From: a virus
Lineage: Duplodnaviria > Caudoviricetes
Direction: 5' to 3' (one strand)
DNA: 64,000 nucleotides
IMG/VR virus record: IMGVR_UViG_3300017909_004705
A program made the translations under genes and the position numbers. The stretch's first letter is position 1. Each line of letters begins with the position of its first letter. Positions 9,057-19,066 of this stretch are shown one piece after another. The notes beneath the pieces are model-generated. The model saw only the letters and a program-made list of their open reading frames with translations. It had not been told where the DNA came from and ran no database searches.

Positions 9057-10519
9057 TATAGTACTTTCACTCCGTATTTCGCCGTCCAGTCTTTACCATC
9101 TTTGGTGTCATTTACCATAGGCATACCCTTAATGTTCAAACTGGTGTTTAATAATATTGGGCAACCTGTCTCTTTCTTCCATGCTTTTAGCAGTTCATAA
9201 AACCCTTCATTGTCGCTTTTTGACACGGTTTGCACCCTAGATGTGCCATCATAGTGCAATATGGCAGGACAGTCTTTACCATGCGTGTACGCCGCTGTAT
9301 ATTGCATATAAGGGGTGTTTTTAACGCCGGTAGGGAGGTCAAAATAGTCGTTTACGTCCTCTTCTAATATGGCCGGAGCGAACGGTCTAAACTTCTGTCT
9401 TTTCTTGATTGCGTTTACCAAATCCTTGATGTCCTCACCCCTAGGGTCTGCCAATAACGATCTATTACCAAGTGCCCGCGGGCCAAACTCTGCTCTACCA
9501 TTTGCAACTCCCACCATCTTGTTTTCTTTCAATTCTTTTATTATCGAGTCCACAGGATACTCACCTTCTATATTATGACCCAGGAATGGACTCTTCCAAT
9601 TAATAAATGATTTTTGGTGTGCGGCTATGCAACCTAGACTTGATCCTGCATCACCTGGGTTTGGAATTATCCAGATGTTGTCAAATAGTCCTAGGTTTGC
9701 AAGTACCTTGTTGGCCGCACAGTTAAGTGCTACTCCGCCGGCATACACCAAATTACGTGATCCATACCTACTTGCCCTGTGCCATAGATCTGCAAGGCAC
9801 TCTTCCGTCACTGCCTGTATACTGGCCGCAAGGTCCATTGGATCTGCTTCCGGATGCCACTCGCTTAACCCCCTGTGTAGATTTTGCTTCAACTTAAATG
9901 GAGACTGATACACAAAGTCATTGTATATGTCTTCTTTGTATTTTGGCTCACCGTATGCGGCCATGCCCATTAAAATGTATTCTTCTTCCGCAGGCTTCAG
10001 TCCACAACGATGTGTAAATGCACTGTAAAGTATTCCTATGCTGTGCGGATACTTGATTGTTTCCTTCCTTTCAATCCATATTTTTTCCGCAGTGGATATT
10101 GACACTGTATCCCATTCACCAATTGCGTCGACTGTTAGTATTGTTGCCTCTCTGAAAGGCGATGTAAAATATCCTGCCGCGGCGTGAGAGTCATGATGTT
10201 TCACGTACTCGTCGATCTTGATGTTGAAATTGTCTAGATGCCATTGTGGCAATTCTGTATGACTTAATGCATCTGACCATTGTCCTGCGTAAAGTTGCCG
10301 TGTTTTTTTCAGCCAAGGCTTTTCATAATAAACAACTTTGTCGAAAGGACCATATGTCATTGCCTCATTTACTATTTGCCAATTAAGATAGTGATCGTTT
10401 TTGACCTTTGAATAGCGTTCTGCGTGTGCGGCCCATAAAACCTCACCTATGCCAGAACTGTAATCTACCACTGACATGGCGGCATCATGATTCATACAAT
10501 TAATTCCTAGTATCTTCAT
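9056..10519 (-). CDS. Carbamoyltransferase (NodU/CmcH/TobZ family)
   Basis: HHDSHAA, GGVALNC, PGDAGSSLG, EFGPRALGNRS, FRPFAP, LNTSLN. Confidence 0.95.
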   Translation of the reverse strand: MKILGINCMNHDAAMSVVDYSSGIGEVLWAAHAERYSKVKNDHYLNWQIVNEAMTYGPFDKVVYYEKPWLKKTRQLYAGQWSDALSHTELPQWHLDNFNIKIDEYVKHHDSHAAAGYFTSPFREATILTVDAIGEWDTVSISTAEKIWIERKETIKYPHSIGILYSAFTHRCGLKPAEEEYILMGMAAYGEPKYKEDIYNDFVYQSPFKLKQNLHRGLSEWHPEADPMDLAASIQAVTEECLADLWHRASRYGSRNLVYAGGVALNCAANKVLANLGLFDNIWIIPNPGDAGSSLGCIAAHQKSFINWKSPFLGHNIEGEYPVDSIIKELKENKMVGVANGRAEFGPRALGNRSLLADPRGEDIKDLVNAIKKRQKFRPFAPAILEEDVNDYFDLPTGVKNTPYMQYTAAYTHGKDCPAILHYDGTSRVQTVSKSDNEGFYELLKAWKKETGCPILLNTSLNIKGMPMVNDTKDGKDWTAKYGVKVL

Positions 10520-10664
10520 CTTCCTCCTTGTGCCAACCCCTGTCCTCGATATTGTTGCCTTTGCATTTAGGACATGCCCAACCCTCTTCCGAGTCGTCCT
10601 GTATTAGATCCTGTGGTGCCCCACGCCACTGACAGCCATAGCAATACCAGTTCCACCAGGCCAT
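10500..10664 (-). CDS. Small zinc-ribbon/rubredoxin-like CxxC...CxxC protein
   Basis: WYCYGCQW...WACPKCKG; ATG 10664 follows the trxB stop. Confidence 0.6.
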   Translation of the reverse strand: MAWWNWYCYGCQWRGAPQDLIQDDSEEGWACPKCKGNNIEDRGWHKEEDEDTRN

Positions 10665-10665
10665 C

Positions 10666-11607
10666 CTATTTTGTCTCTTGTCCTGCAAGATATTTCTCTG
10701 CTTCCAGGGCCGCCATGCAACCCATTCCGGCGGCTGTCACCGCCTGCCTATAAGTTTTATCTTTTACGTCACCAGCGGCATAAACTCCTTCTACGCTAGT
10801 AAGAGTTGAATCAGGTTTTGTAATTATGTAATTCTCATTGTCCATCTCTACTTGGCCTTTGAATATGCCTGTGGCTGGATCATGCCCTATTGCAATGAAT
10901 ACTCCATCTATTTTCTTTTCAGTGATAGATCCATCCACTGTGCTTTTAAGTTTCACACCAGTAACGTTATTTGGATTCTCATCTCCCACTATTTCTTCAA
11001 TCTGGCTGTTCCAAATACATTCGATCTTTTTGTGTGCAAATAACCTGTCCTGCAAAATTTTTTCTGCCCTTAATTTGTCTCTCCTATGCACAAGATAGAC
11101 TTTACTTGCCATTCCTGTGAGGTAAAGTGCTTCTTCAACTGCACTGTTTCCACCGCCAACCACTATGACCTCCTTGTCCTTAAAAAAGAATCCATCACAT
11201 GTTGCACAGGCAGAAACTCCGAATCCTGAAAATTTCTTTTCACTTTCTATTCCCAACCATCTTGCTTGGGCGCCTGTTGATATGATCACACTGTCGGCCG
11301 TGTATGTTTCTCCACTTTCCCCTACTGCGGTGAATGGTCTATTACTGAAATCAACTGATTTAATCATGTCTGTAATGATGTCTGTGCCAACACTTTTAGC
11401 CTGTTGCTCCATCTGTTGCATCAACCACGGCCCTTGTATTACATCACCAAATCCAGGATAGTTTTCCACGTCAGTTGTTATTGTCAATTGTCCTCCTGGT
11501 TGCATACCCTGTACCAACGTTGGCTTCAGCATCGCCCTTGCTGTGTATATGGCCGCGGTATAACCAGCGGGACCTGATCCAATAATTAAAACTTTTGAAT
11601 GTTTCAT
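10666..11607 (-). CDS. trxB: Thioredoxin-disulfide reductase
   Basis: IIGSGPAG, GGQL...VENYPG, SACATCDG (CxxC), VGGGNSA, AAGDV...RQAVTAAG; start set at the ATGA overlap 11607. Confidence 0.95.
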   Translation of the reverse strand: MKHSKVLIIGSGPAGYTAAIYTARAMLKPTLVQGMQPGGQLTITTDVENYPGFGDVIQGPWLMQQMEQQAKSVGTDIITDMIKSVDFSNRPFTAVGESGETYTADSVIISTGAQARWLGIESEKKFSGFGVSACATCDGFFFKDKEVIVVGGGNSAVEEALYLTGMASKVYLVHRRDKLRAEKILQDRLFAHKKIECIWNSQIEEIVGDENPNNVTGVKLKSTVDGSITEKKIDGVFIAIGHDPATGIFKGQVEMDNENYIITKPDSTLTSVEGVYAAGDVKDKTYRQAVTAAGMGCMAALEAEKYLAGQETK

Positions 11608-12281
11608 TTTACTTTCAAGAATCCTTTCGCTTTTACTAAAGCAGTCTCCCAATCTTCCAATGTCATGTCATATTCAAAATTTTGCGAAGTTTCGTTTACC
11701 TGTAATTCTTTAGCACCATTTTTAGTATGGAAATTCCTTGCCATTTTAGTCAACGGTGAAAGTGTAACCAATCGATTTAGATGATTTGATTTTTTGATTC
11801 TCTTGTACACTTCATTTATTATTGCACGTCCTCCGCCTTTTTTCTTTGCCCAAACTGTGTAAGCCACTGCAATCGACCCTTGCACTCCTGCCCTGTTACT
11901 GGACCTGATTGCGGAATCATAACTAAATTTTTCTAGTTCTTCAACGGTCTTTGGTACCTCATCCGTAAAAGCAAAACAAATGATGGCAGAGATGTCACCT
12001 TCGTCATCTCGCAATCCTAGTATTTTTCTACCATATGTTTGTCTGAATACTAAATCTAGTTCAGGACGGACTGGATCTTCTGTGACGTCAATATATGGAA
12101 GTTCTACAAGTGTATACTTTGATTCTTTTATTTTTTGTTTTGTGTATGCTTCTAAACTTTTATAATTTTTATTTGTGTAACTTTGTAACTTTGAAAATTT
12201 TTCCAATAGTCCGGTGACCGAAGGATGCTCTTTCCATCGTTCCAAAACCTCTTTCAGTTTTTCTTTATTAAGTATTTCCAT
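11604..12281 (-). CDS. Putative GNAT-fold protein
   Basis: KKKGGGRAII (motif A-like) and ARNFHTKNGA (motif B-like). Confidence 0.5.
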   Translation of the reverse strand: MEILNKEKLKEVLERWKEHPSVTGLLEKFSKLQSYTNKNYKSLEAYTKQKIKESKYTLVELPYIDVTEDPVRPELDLVFRQTYGRKILGLRDDEGDISAIICFAFTDEVPKTVEELEKFSYDSAIRSSNRAGVQGSIAVAYTVWAKKKGGGRAIINEVYKRIKKSNHLNRLVTLSPLTKMARNFHTKNGAKELQVNETSQNFEYDMTLEDWETALVKAKGFLKVK

Positions 12282-12283
12282 TT

Positions 12284-12388
12284 TTATTTGTAAATGAATG
12301 GATCTTTCTTCTTAAGTTCTTTCACTCTTTTTCTATAGGCTATTTCTTGTTTGAATTTAAGCCAAAGATTTTTTATCCATTTAAACAT
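12284..12388 (-). CDS. 34-aa basic peptide ending DPFIYK (not in ORF track)
   Basis: MFKWIKNLWLKFKQEIAYRKRVKELKKKDPFIYK*; AGGAG SD; fills the gap exactly; paralog at 13045..13161. Confidence 0.8.
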   Translation of the reverse strand: MFKWIKNLWLKFKQEIAYRKRVKELKKKDPFIYK

Positions 12389-13058
12389 GATTTGTCTCCT
12401 TTCTAAAAACATATGTTGTTAATCCGCCGTTCCTCCAGTTCCATAATATTCCTGGATGACTGTCTACGAATTTATAATCCATAAACATCTTTTTTACATC
12501 TCTACTGTAAAAACTTAATTCGTAAGGATGTTGTTCCTGATCTATTTCTAGGGTTTGAGTAGCATAATCATTTGGCAATAACTTTTGCAACCTCTTGCCC
12601 CATGGATGATAAAGACCTATTATGAACATACCACCGTTGTGTAGCATGTTTTGTAACCTTGCTAAAGTCTGCATGTAATCAGGTATGTGATGCAACACGC
12701 CCTGGCATATGATTGTATCGAAACCATCATGTGTTTCAAACCTTGTAAGATCTTCTTTTATGAATTTAAGATTAGGCCTGTTCAGTTCTTCTTTTATTTT
12801 CACTGCATAATTTATACTATCTGCAAAATCTACTCCGGTAAAGTTTTTGGTAGGATAGGTTTGTGCAAGATAGTTCACCATGAAACCTGTGCCACAACCT
12901 GCGTCGAGGACAGTACGGCTATGCATTATACTGTTTGATATGAAAGCAATATAACGATTTTGCCCTGCATAGGTCTTAACAGACTGAGCAGTGTAAGGAC
13001 CTGGAAAAGGATGTTTATTATAAAAACCTTTTACCTGATCGCTTTTATTTGTATTCAT
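12381..13058 (-). CDS. Class I SAM-dependent methyltransferase
   Basis: VLDAGCGTG, GVD, FDTIICQGVLHH. Confidence 0.92.
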   Translation of the reverse strand: MNTNKSDQVKGFYNKHPFPGPYTAQSVKTYAGQNRYIAFISNSIMHSRTVLDAGCGTGFMVNYLAQTYPTKNFTGVDFADSINYAVKIKEELNRPNLKFIKEDLTRFETHDGFDTIICQGVLHHIPDYMQTLARLQNMLHNGGMFIIGLYHPWGKRLQKLLPNDYATQTLEIDQEQHPYELSFYSRDVKKMFMDYKFVDSHPGILWNWRNGGLTTYVFRKETNHV

Positions 13059-13161
13059 AAGGATCCTTCATTTTCAATTCTTCTAGTCTTTTTTTCAATT
13101 TTCTTCTGTATGCAATTTTCTGTATCATTTTGTCAAAGAGTTGTTTTATCCATGATATCAT
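13045..13161 (-). CDS. 38-aa basic peptide ending DPYEYK (not in ORF track)
   Basis: MISWIKQLFDKMIQKIAYRRKLKKRLEELKMKDPYEYK*; ATGA coupling to the upstream gene; paralog of 12284..12388. Confidence 0.75.
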   Translation of the reverse strand: MISWIKQLFDKMIQKIAYRRKLKKRLEELKMKDPYEYK

Positions 13162-13961
13162 AGTTTTTCTCCTGTTATTTTTTTAAACACTGGTAACATT
13201 AATTTTACAGCATCATCGTGTGATTCGTCAAGTGGATGAGTTGTACCCCTTTCGTAGTCATTTAACAATGCCCACTGGTTAAAACCCATCATCCTTTCAC
13301 CAAAACTAAACCATTTAGTAATATCAATTTCATTGTATAAGGCATTCATAAATTTGTCCTGATCTTTGTGATGTTTCATCTCATTGTAAAACAAACTGTT
13401 ATCTGCCAGTGTGAACATAAATGGTATTTTCTTTTTTTCCAAGATATTCTGTAACCAAATTATGCTCTTCCAACTTTGGTAGACTTCGTGGTATTCATTT
13501 GCCGCGTGTCTATAAATTGCCTCGGCAAAAGGTCTGACCCCTGTTTCTGCCAACAGGGATGACCTACGTTTCCAAACTTCTTGTTGCCCCTCTGATCCTA
13601 AAAGTGCTTTATGCCTTTCTTCGTTTGTCATTGTAGTGTCCCAAGGTGATATCGATACCCAACGTGTGTCCTCTAATACTTTGTGCCTTGGCATTGCCCA
13701 ATCATACCTTGATGTGAACGTCCACATAACAACCACCATATCTATATTATTATTCTGTGACACTGAATTAAACACCCTACGTGCTATGCCTGAATTGCCA
13801 GTGCCCGGCACTGCTGAACAAATAAAGTTTCCTGTTGGTTGGCAGTGCTTGAATAGTCCATAGGCCCATGTCTGCTTGGAGTCAGTTTTACCATTGTTGT
13901 CGTCTGATAACTCCGATCCGTATGTAAAACTACAACCCCCTGCTAAAAAATCTCTAATCAT
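13158..13961 (-). CDS. SGNH/GDSL-like hydrolase or acyltransferase family protein
   Basis: GGCSFTYG block I-like, GTGNSGI block II-like, C-terminal THP. Confidence 0.6.
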   Translation of the reverse strand: MIRDFLAGGCSFTYGSELSDDNNGKTDSKQTWAYGLFKHCQPTGNFICSAVPGTGNSGIARRVFNSVSQNNNIDMVVVMWTFTSRYDWAMPRHKVLEDTRWVSISPWDTTMTNEERHKALLGSEGQQEVWKRRSSLLAETGVRPFAEAIYRHAANEYHEVYQSWKSIIWLQNILEKKKIPFMFTLADNSLFYNEMKHHKDQDKFMNALYNEIDITKWFSFGERMMGFNQWALLNDYERGTTHPLDESHDDAVKLMLPVFKKITGEKL

Positions 13962-15132
13962 AAATCTGTAAAACCTTATTTAAAAGTGGAAATACTTCTC
14001 CAAAATTTTCCTTTCTATACTTGTCTGTCCGCAATATTCTAGCCTTACGCTGTTCTCTCATCTCAGGAGAATCCCTGTCCACGGCATTCATGAATCTAAT
14101 GCTAGGCTGATAGTCTGTGAGCATGTGATATCTATCCGTGACTATATCTTTGATTTGTTTTGGTAGGGTCTGAACATTGAAGATATCAGGGTCGAAACAG
14201 GTGTTTACATAAAAAAACTTGGGCTGGTACTGTGCTACCCATAACGCAATCTTGGCCCAATTGAACACATTGAATATTGATACCGTTGAACATATCTGAA
14301 ATTCCATGTTGGGTGTTTGCATCTCCTTAAACTTGACAAGGTTAGCACTAACTTGCCGCCAATTGGCTGGATGTCGCTGATACTCGAATGCTTCGCCTAT
14401 GTCATCTATACTAAATGCTATTTCCACGTGTTTGAAGTATGCCCAAAGATCAAATATTTCCTGTGGTGGCAAATGGGTGCCGTTTGTGTTGTAATGTATG
14501 TCAATATTTTTGGCATATCCTTTTTCAACACAGTGCATTAGAATTTTGAAATGATCCTTTATCATAAAAGGTTCACCGCCTGTAAATTCAAAGTGCTCCA
14601 CATGTTTTAAATCCTCTTGCAGTTCTTCAAAAAACTGTGGATTACGTTTTGGCCATCCGCCGTCTTTCAATTGCTGTCTTGCAACAGGATTATCAGAACC
14701 TATGGCCTTTTCATAGTCTATTTCTTCCTGTGCCCATTTGCTTGAACTCCACGATCCGCAGATCCTACACTTGAGGTTGCAAACGTTACCTAACTTAAAG
14801 TCTATAAACTTTAGCGTTGGCTCGCTGTTAGGTGTCCAATCTTTGAGGCTCTTGTTCATTTTGTATATTGAGTTCTGCCTTTTTGATGTTTTACCGGCAT
14901 CCTCCTCAGCCCAGCAGTTTGCACAACCTAAAGGTCTCTCTCCTTTACGGAACTGTTCTCGTAATTTTTCCATGTATTCTGTTTTCTGTATAGTTCTTAA
15001 GCTCTGTTTGTACACTTTGACCTCTGGTATGCTACCTTTGTAGAGACAGCAAGGAGACGCACCGCCGTTTACATCCACTTCCAAGTGTGTCCATGGTAAC
15101 GGACAGACAGTTGATTTTATATACTTTTCCAC
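13954..15132 (-). CDS. Radical SAM protein with N-terminal twitch/SPASM-like Cys domain (#1)
   Basis: CPLPWTH...PCC...CANCW; CNLKCRIC; FTGGEP. Confidence 0.93.
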   Translation of the reverse strand: MEKYIKSTVCPLPWTHLEVDVNGGASPCCLYKGSIPEVKVYKQSLRTIQKTEYMEKLREQFRKGERPLGCANCWAEEDAGKTSKRQNSIYKMNKSLKDWTPNSEPTLKFIDFKLGNVCNLKCRICGSWSSSKWAQEEIDYEKAIGSDNPVARQQLKDGGWPKRNPQFFEELQEDLKHVEHFEFTGGEPFMIKDHFKILMHCVEKGYAKNIDIHYNTNGTHLPPQEIFDLWAYFKHVEIAFSIDDIGEAFEYQRHPANWRQVSANLVKFKEMQTPNMEFQICSTVSIFNVFNWAKIALWVAQYQPKFFYVNTCFDPDIFNVQTLPKQIKDIVTDRYHMLTDYQPSIRFMNAVDRDSPEMREQRKARILRTDKYRKENFGEVFPLLNKVLQIYD

Positions 15133-16463
15133 CAGTCTAATATCCTTTTATCTCTTTTCAAAATATGTGTGATATCTTGTTTTCTTATTTTGTCAAGATA
15201 CAGTTGTCTTAATTTTCCCTTTTTTGTTGGGGTAAATGTTTCTCTTGTCTTTAAATTTTTAATCACATCGATCAATGCCCTTTGTTTGTGCGTGGCCTTT
15301 GGCTCCATGTATTCCAATGCTTCATCAATAATTGTGTGTAGTAAATCTTTTGGCAGTGACAATGGACTTAAAATTTCGTCATTGCTAAAAGTAAACATGA
15401 CTTTTGTCAAAACTTCAGTGTTCAACTCTTGACTTAGGTCAAACATATTTTGTAACTCTAATAGTCCAGGCATTGTGATAGTATAATCCAATCTCATTTG
15501 TCTAGAGTGAGTTGATACTGATAAACCTTCTTTGAAATTACGCAACCACTGTGTGTAATCTAGTCCGTCTCTGATATATTCTGCAACTTCGCCGGTGCCG
15601 TCCATAGACGCACACACCTGCCAATCATTAAAATATTTCAAAATGTCAAAAAGATTGGAGTTTCTAAAAGAGGTTCTGCTTAAATTAGTATTGTATCTAA
15701 CATACACTTCGTCAGCAAATCCAAGTTCTATTATCCTTTCCATTGCTTTCCAATGCATATCCCACATCAGTGGTTCCCCTCCACACCAATAAATTTCTCT
15801 TATTTGTTTTGTTTCGATTGAATCTACAAACTCTTGTACAATTTGCTTATCTTGAAACTTTTGTATCTGTTCTCGTAAAGGAGATGCCATCCAAGGCTGT
15901 GACTCTTTGCTCCAGGTTTTGTTCTTCCTGGATTCTGCTTCCCAACTTGAACTTAACATATCACCACACATCCTACATTTAAAATTGCATAAGTTATTGA
16001 ACCTATAATCAAAACTTATAGTTGGCATAGTAGTAGCACCCGTATCATCGGTTTTTGCAAACGCTTCATCAATCCTGTCTGCGAACAATTTATTCCAATA
16101 CGATCTATAAACATCTGTGTTCAAAAGTTTATGATCACACACTTGACATTCGGGTAATTCTTCCCCTGCCATCATACGCAGTCTAACAGATCGCATGTGA
16201 TCTGAATTCCAGTGTTCTTTTAGCGTAAGAGGTTTGTATTCTTTTGCATTATTTCCTGTATCTATGTACTGTTTGAAACTTTGGGCAGGCTCTCTTGATG
16301 CACAACACATACGCCTCTCGGTCTGTGGTGACAAGTAAGTGTGCGTCCATGGAGCCATACAAAATGTCTTGTTTCCATCCTTTGGCTTGACACGTTTTGA
16401 CACTTTAGCCACCTCTCCGTTCCTTGGCCATCTCTCATCCGCTGTTGGAAATCTATCCGGCAT
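15117..16463 (-). CDS. Radical SAM protein with N-terminal twitch-like domain (#2)
   Basis: CMAPWTH...MCC...CQVC; CNFKCRMC; WCGGEP. Confidence 0.93.
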   Translation of the reverse strand: MPDRFPTADERWPRNGEVAKVSKRVKPKDGNKTFCMAPWTHTYLSPQTERRMCCASREPAQSFKQYIDTGNNAKEYKPLTLKEHWNSDHMRSVRLRMMAGEELPECQVCDHKLLNTDVYRSYWNKLFADRIDEAFAKTDDTGATTMPTISFDYRFNNLCNFKCRMCGDMLSSSWEAESRKNKTWSKESQPWMASPLREQIQKFQDKQIVQEFVDSIETKQIREIYWCGGEPLMWDMHWKAMERIIELGFADEVYVRYNTNLSRTSFRNSNLFDILKYFNDWQVCASMDGTGEVAEYIRDGLDYTQWLRNFKEGLSVSTHSRQMRLDYTITMPGLLELQNMFDLSQELNTEVLTKVMFTFSNDEILSPLSLPKDLLHTIIDEALEYMEPKATHKQRALIDVIKNLKTRETFTPTKKGKLRQLYLDKIRKQDITHILKRDKRILDWWKSI

Positions 16464-17733
16464 ACAACTCCTTTAATTCAGGAAACACTTCTGTAATGTT
16501 TTCATTTCTTATCACATCTAATTTTTGCATACTGTCTTTAAATTGTTGCAGGTCCTTTGAATTATCTCTCCTCATCATGTAGTCTAGTCCAGACTCGAAG
16601 CCTTTTGTTGCACGAGTTAGATGATCTTTTGGACGTAACCACTCCAAGTGTTTTTCATATTTTTCTTTTACTTTCAGTTTGTATGAATCAGGCAACAGAT
16701 CTATCCTTTGTGGATATGGATACTGCAAAAGATTAAAATTAAAATCTTGTGGTTTAAGTAGTCCTTGATCAACCCAATTCCTATGGAAGTCAGGTATATG
16801 TAAGGCATTGATTAATCCTACTGTTGAACTGATGTAGAAATCAACTTGTGGACAAACTTCCAACATCCTTTTCCTGTTTGCAACAATGTCTTCCCATACT
16901 GTACCTTTACGCATTAATTCTCCACGTTTGCCTTCAGCATCTAGGCTGGCACCTATAGATACTGAATCAAATTTATTCCATAATTCTAAAACATCAATGT
17001 CCTTGTATTTTGTCCTTGTAAAATTAGTATTGTAAATTAGTCTCACATGATACATTTTTCTTTTATCTAATTCTTTCAATATCCTGTAGTGTTCTTCCAT
17101 TATAATTGGCTCACCACCAGCAAAATAAAATTGTTCCACATGTTCAAACTGATCTAACATCTGTTCCCATATGTCATTGCTACTTCTTCCAACTTTCATT
17201 ACCTTGGCGTGATTAGGCGGAGCACCAGTGAGTTTTTTGTGATCTTCGTACCAATTCGAACTAAACCATGTGCCGCAACTTCTACATGCTAGGTTACAAA
17301 GGTTACTGAACCTTATGTCCCAATATTTGATTACAAAATCTGCTTCACCTTCTGGTGTGGTGTTGTCCACCATGCCTATGTTATGCCCAAAATGTTTGTT
17401 AGAACTCAAACGCAAACTGAAAAAACCAGATTTTTCCTGGTCATAACATTTTCCACAATGTTTGCTCGCCTTGTTTGACAGCATATTTTTTCTTATGCCT
17501 TTCATGGTATCATTGTTGAACACTTCCGCCATGCTATTTTTATTAAGGTCACCAACAGGATATTTGTCCAAAGCAAAACAACACGGATACGCCCTGCCGT
17601 CCGGAAACGCATGTATGTGCAACCAAGGCATCATGCAGAAAGTTTCACTGTCGATCAACAACTCCTTTTGGCGAGGAGTCATGTCCTTAATCTTTAACTT
17701 CTCGGGCTCCTTGGCCCCGTAATCATATGCCAC
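16453..17733 (-). CDS. Radical SAM protein with N-terminal twitch-like domain (#3)
   Basis: CMMPWLH...PCC...CGKC; CNLACRSC; FAGGEP. Confidence 0.93.
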   Translation of the reverse strand: MAYDYGAKEPEKLKIKDMTPRQKELLIDSETFCMMPWLHIHAFPDGRAYPCCFALDKYPVGDLNKNSMAEVFNNDTMKGIRKNMLSNKASKHCGKCYDQEKSGFFSLRLSSNKHFGHNIGMVDNTTPEGEADFVIKYWDIRFSNLCNLACRSCGTWFSSNWYEDHKKLTGAPPNHAKVMKVGRSSNDIWEQMLDQFEHVEQFYFAGGEPIIMEEHYRILKELDKRKMYHVRLIYNTNFTRTKYKDIDVLELWNKFDSVSIGASLDAEGKRGELMRKGTVWEDIVANRKRMLEVCPQVDFYISSTVGLINALHIPDFHRNWVDQGLLKPQDFNFNLLQYPYPQRIDLLPDSYKLKVKEKYEKHLEWLRPKDHLTRATKGFESGLDYMMRRDNSKDLQQFKDSMQKLDVIRNENITEVFPELKELYAG

Positions 17734-19066
17734 GGTACCATTCTCCTATGATTGGGAAAGTCTTTTCAAAGTCCTTTCCTGTTCGTTTGTCGTATTGGCT
17801 ATAAAACGCCTTGAAATCTTTTTGCAGTTTGCTTTGTTCGGCCGCTCCTGCGTGTGGTGTTTTTACAACATCAAGGTAGTCAATCAGCCTTTGTGTTTGA
17901 TTGATTTCCATGTGTTCTAAATACTTTTCGTTACTATTTAAAAACTTTACCAAGTCCAATTTAAATTTATTTCTTAGGTCGTCTGGTAGGACAAGCGGTG
18001 ATTGGAAACTAGGAAACCTCAAAATATTAAGTGTGTAATTTATTGTCGGACCGTACACCTTACTTGCATTTTTAAACCATACAATTTTCTCTAAAAACTC
18101 CGGCAATGATTCAAGGCACAATGCATTTATTGTTGCCATGTTGTGTATTTCAGATGGCACCTTATCTACCATCATATGTAAAACTTGGCTATGCCAATCA
18201 CCATAATTTAATCCATCTCTGATGTATTCAGCCTGCCCAAACGTTGCTTCACAACTAGTGTATAAGTGAAAATTTTTAAAGTTTTTTAATTTTGTTTTAA
18301 ATCTATCAATAATACTTTGCTTCGCTCCTAAATTAGAATTGATTGCGATACGCATGTTTGGATTCATTTTATCACCTTGCGTTTCAATCCAATCTAACAA
18401 TCGCCATAAGTTTGGTGACATCATTGGCTCACCACCCGTGATTCTAAGTTCATCTAAACTCTTGTGCAGGTCAGTTTCCCACCATTTGTAAAATGCTTCT
18501 ACATAAGGATTGGTTTCATCTTTCTTGTATGGTTCTGCACTCTCATGACTGTGAGTATAATGGTTTCTTCCGTCTGACGTGAGTCCTGTGTATGGTCCTT
18601 GTTGTTTTATATTGTTTGCCCATGTAGAACTAAATGCAGGATTGCAATAGGTACAGGCAAACTGACAGGTCCTGTCAAATGCTATTTCTAAAGTTTTAAG
18701 ATTCCAATCAATGTTATGGTCTGATCTGTGTGCCTCATCTAAGGCCGCATCTGAAAATATTCTTGATTTATAAACCCTATCACTGATTGCGTCCCTGCCT
18801 ATGTCTTCTATCTTCCAGCAGTATTCACAACCTGCAGGCCTTTCGCCACACTGCATTTGCCTACGTTGTTCTTTCTTTTGTTTTGTGTTGTGGATTGCAC
18901 TTGGATTTTTCTTAATTTCTTCGAGATCAATCTTATGCGGCAATGGGTGGTGGCAACTTGTGGTCATTCCTGATCCCAACCATATTGTTGCATTGAACCA
19001 TTTGGCTCCACAGAAACTGGCACTCTTTGTATCTAGTATTTTTTTCTTGTATTCTAAATCGTTCAT
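17723..19066 (-). CDS. Radical SAM protein with N-terminal twitch-like domain (#4)
   Basis: CGAKW...SCHHP...CEYCW; CQFACTYC; ITGGEP; start set at the ATGA overlap 19066. Confidence 0.93.
   Translation of the reverse strand: MNDLEYKKKILDTKSASFCGAKWFNATIWLGSGMTTSCHHPLPHKIDLEEIKKNPSAIHNTKQKKEQRRQMQCGERPAGCEYCWKIEDIGRDAISDRVYKSRIFSDAALDEAHRSDHNIDWNLKTLEIAFDRTCQFACTYCNPAFSSTWANNIKQQGPYTGLTSDGRNHYTHSHESAEPYKKDETNPYVEAFYKWWETDLHKSLDELRITGGEPMMSPNLWRLLDWIETQGDKMNPNMRIAINSNLGAKQSIIDRFKTKLKNFKNFHLYTSCEATFGQAEYIRDGLNYGDWHSQVLHMMVDKVPSEIHNMATINALCLESLPEFLEKIVWFKNASKVYGPTINYTLNILRFPSFQSPLVLPDDLRNKFKLDLVKFLNSNEKYLEHMEINQTQRLIDYLDVVKTPHAGAAEQSKLQKDFKAFYSQYDKRTGKDFEKTFPIIGEWYRGI

Noticed and set aside
13131-13136. 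TTGACA on the minus strand as an internal promoter
   Set aside because: No -10 element at proper spacing, and it lies within the 38-aa peptide ORF
9056-13961. Saxitoxin-like or antibiotic biosynthetic cluster
   Set aside because: Only generic carbamoyltransferase, SGNH and PFIY-peptide parallels; no scaffold-forming PKS, NRPS or amidinotransferase genes
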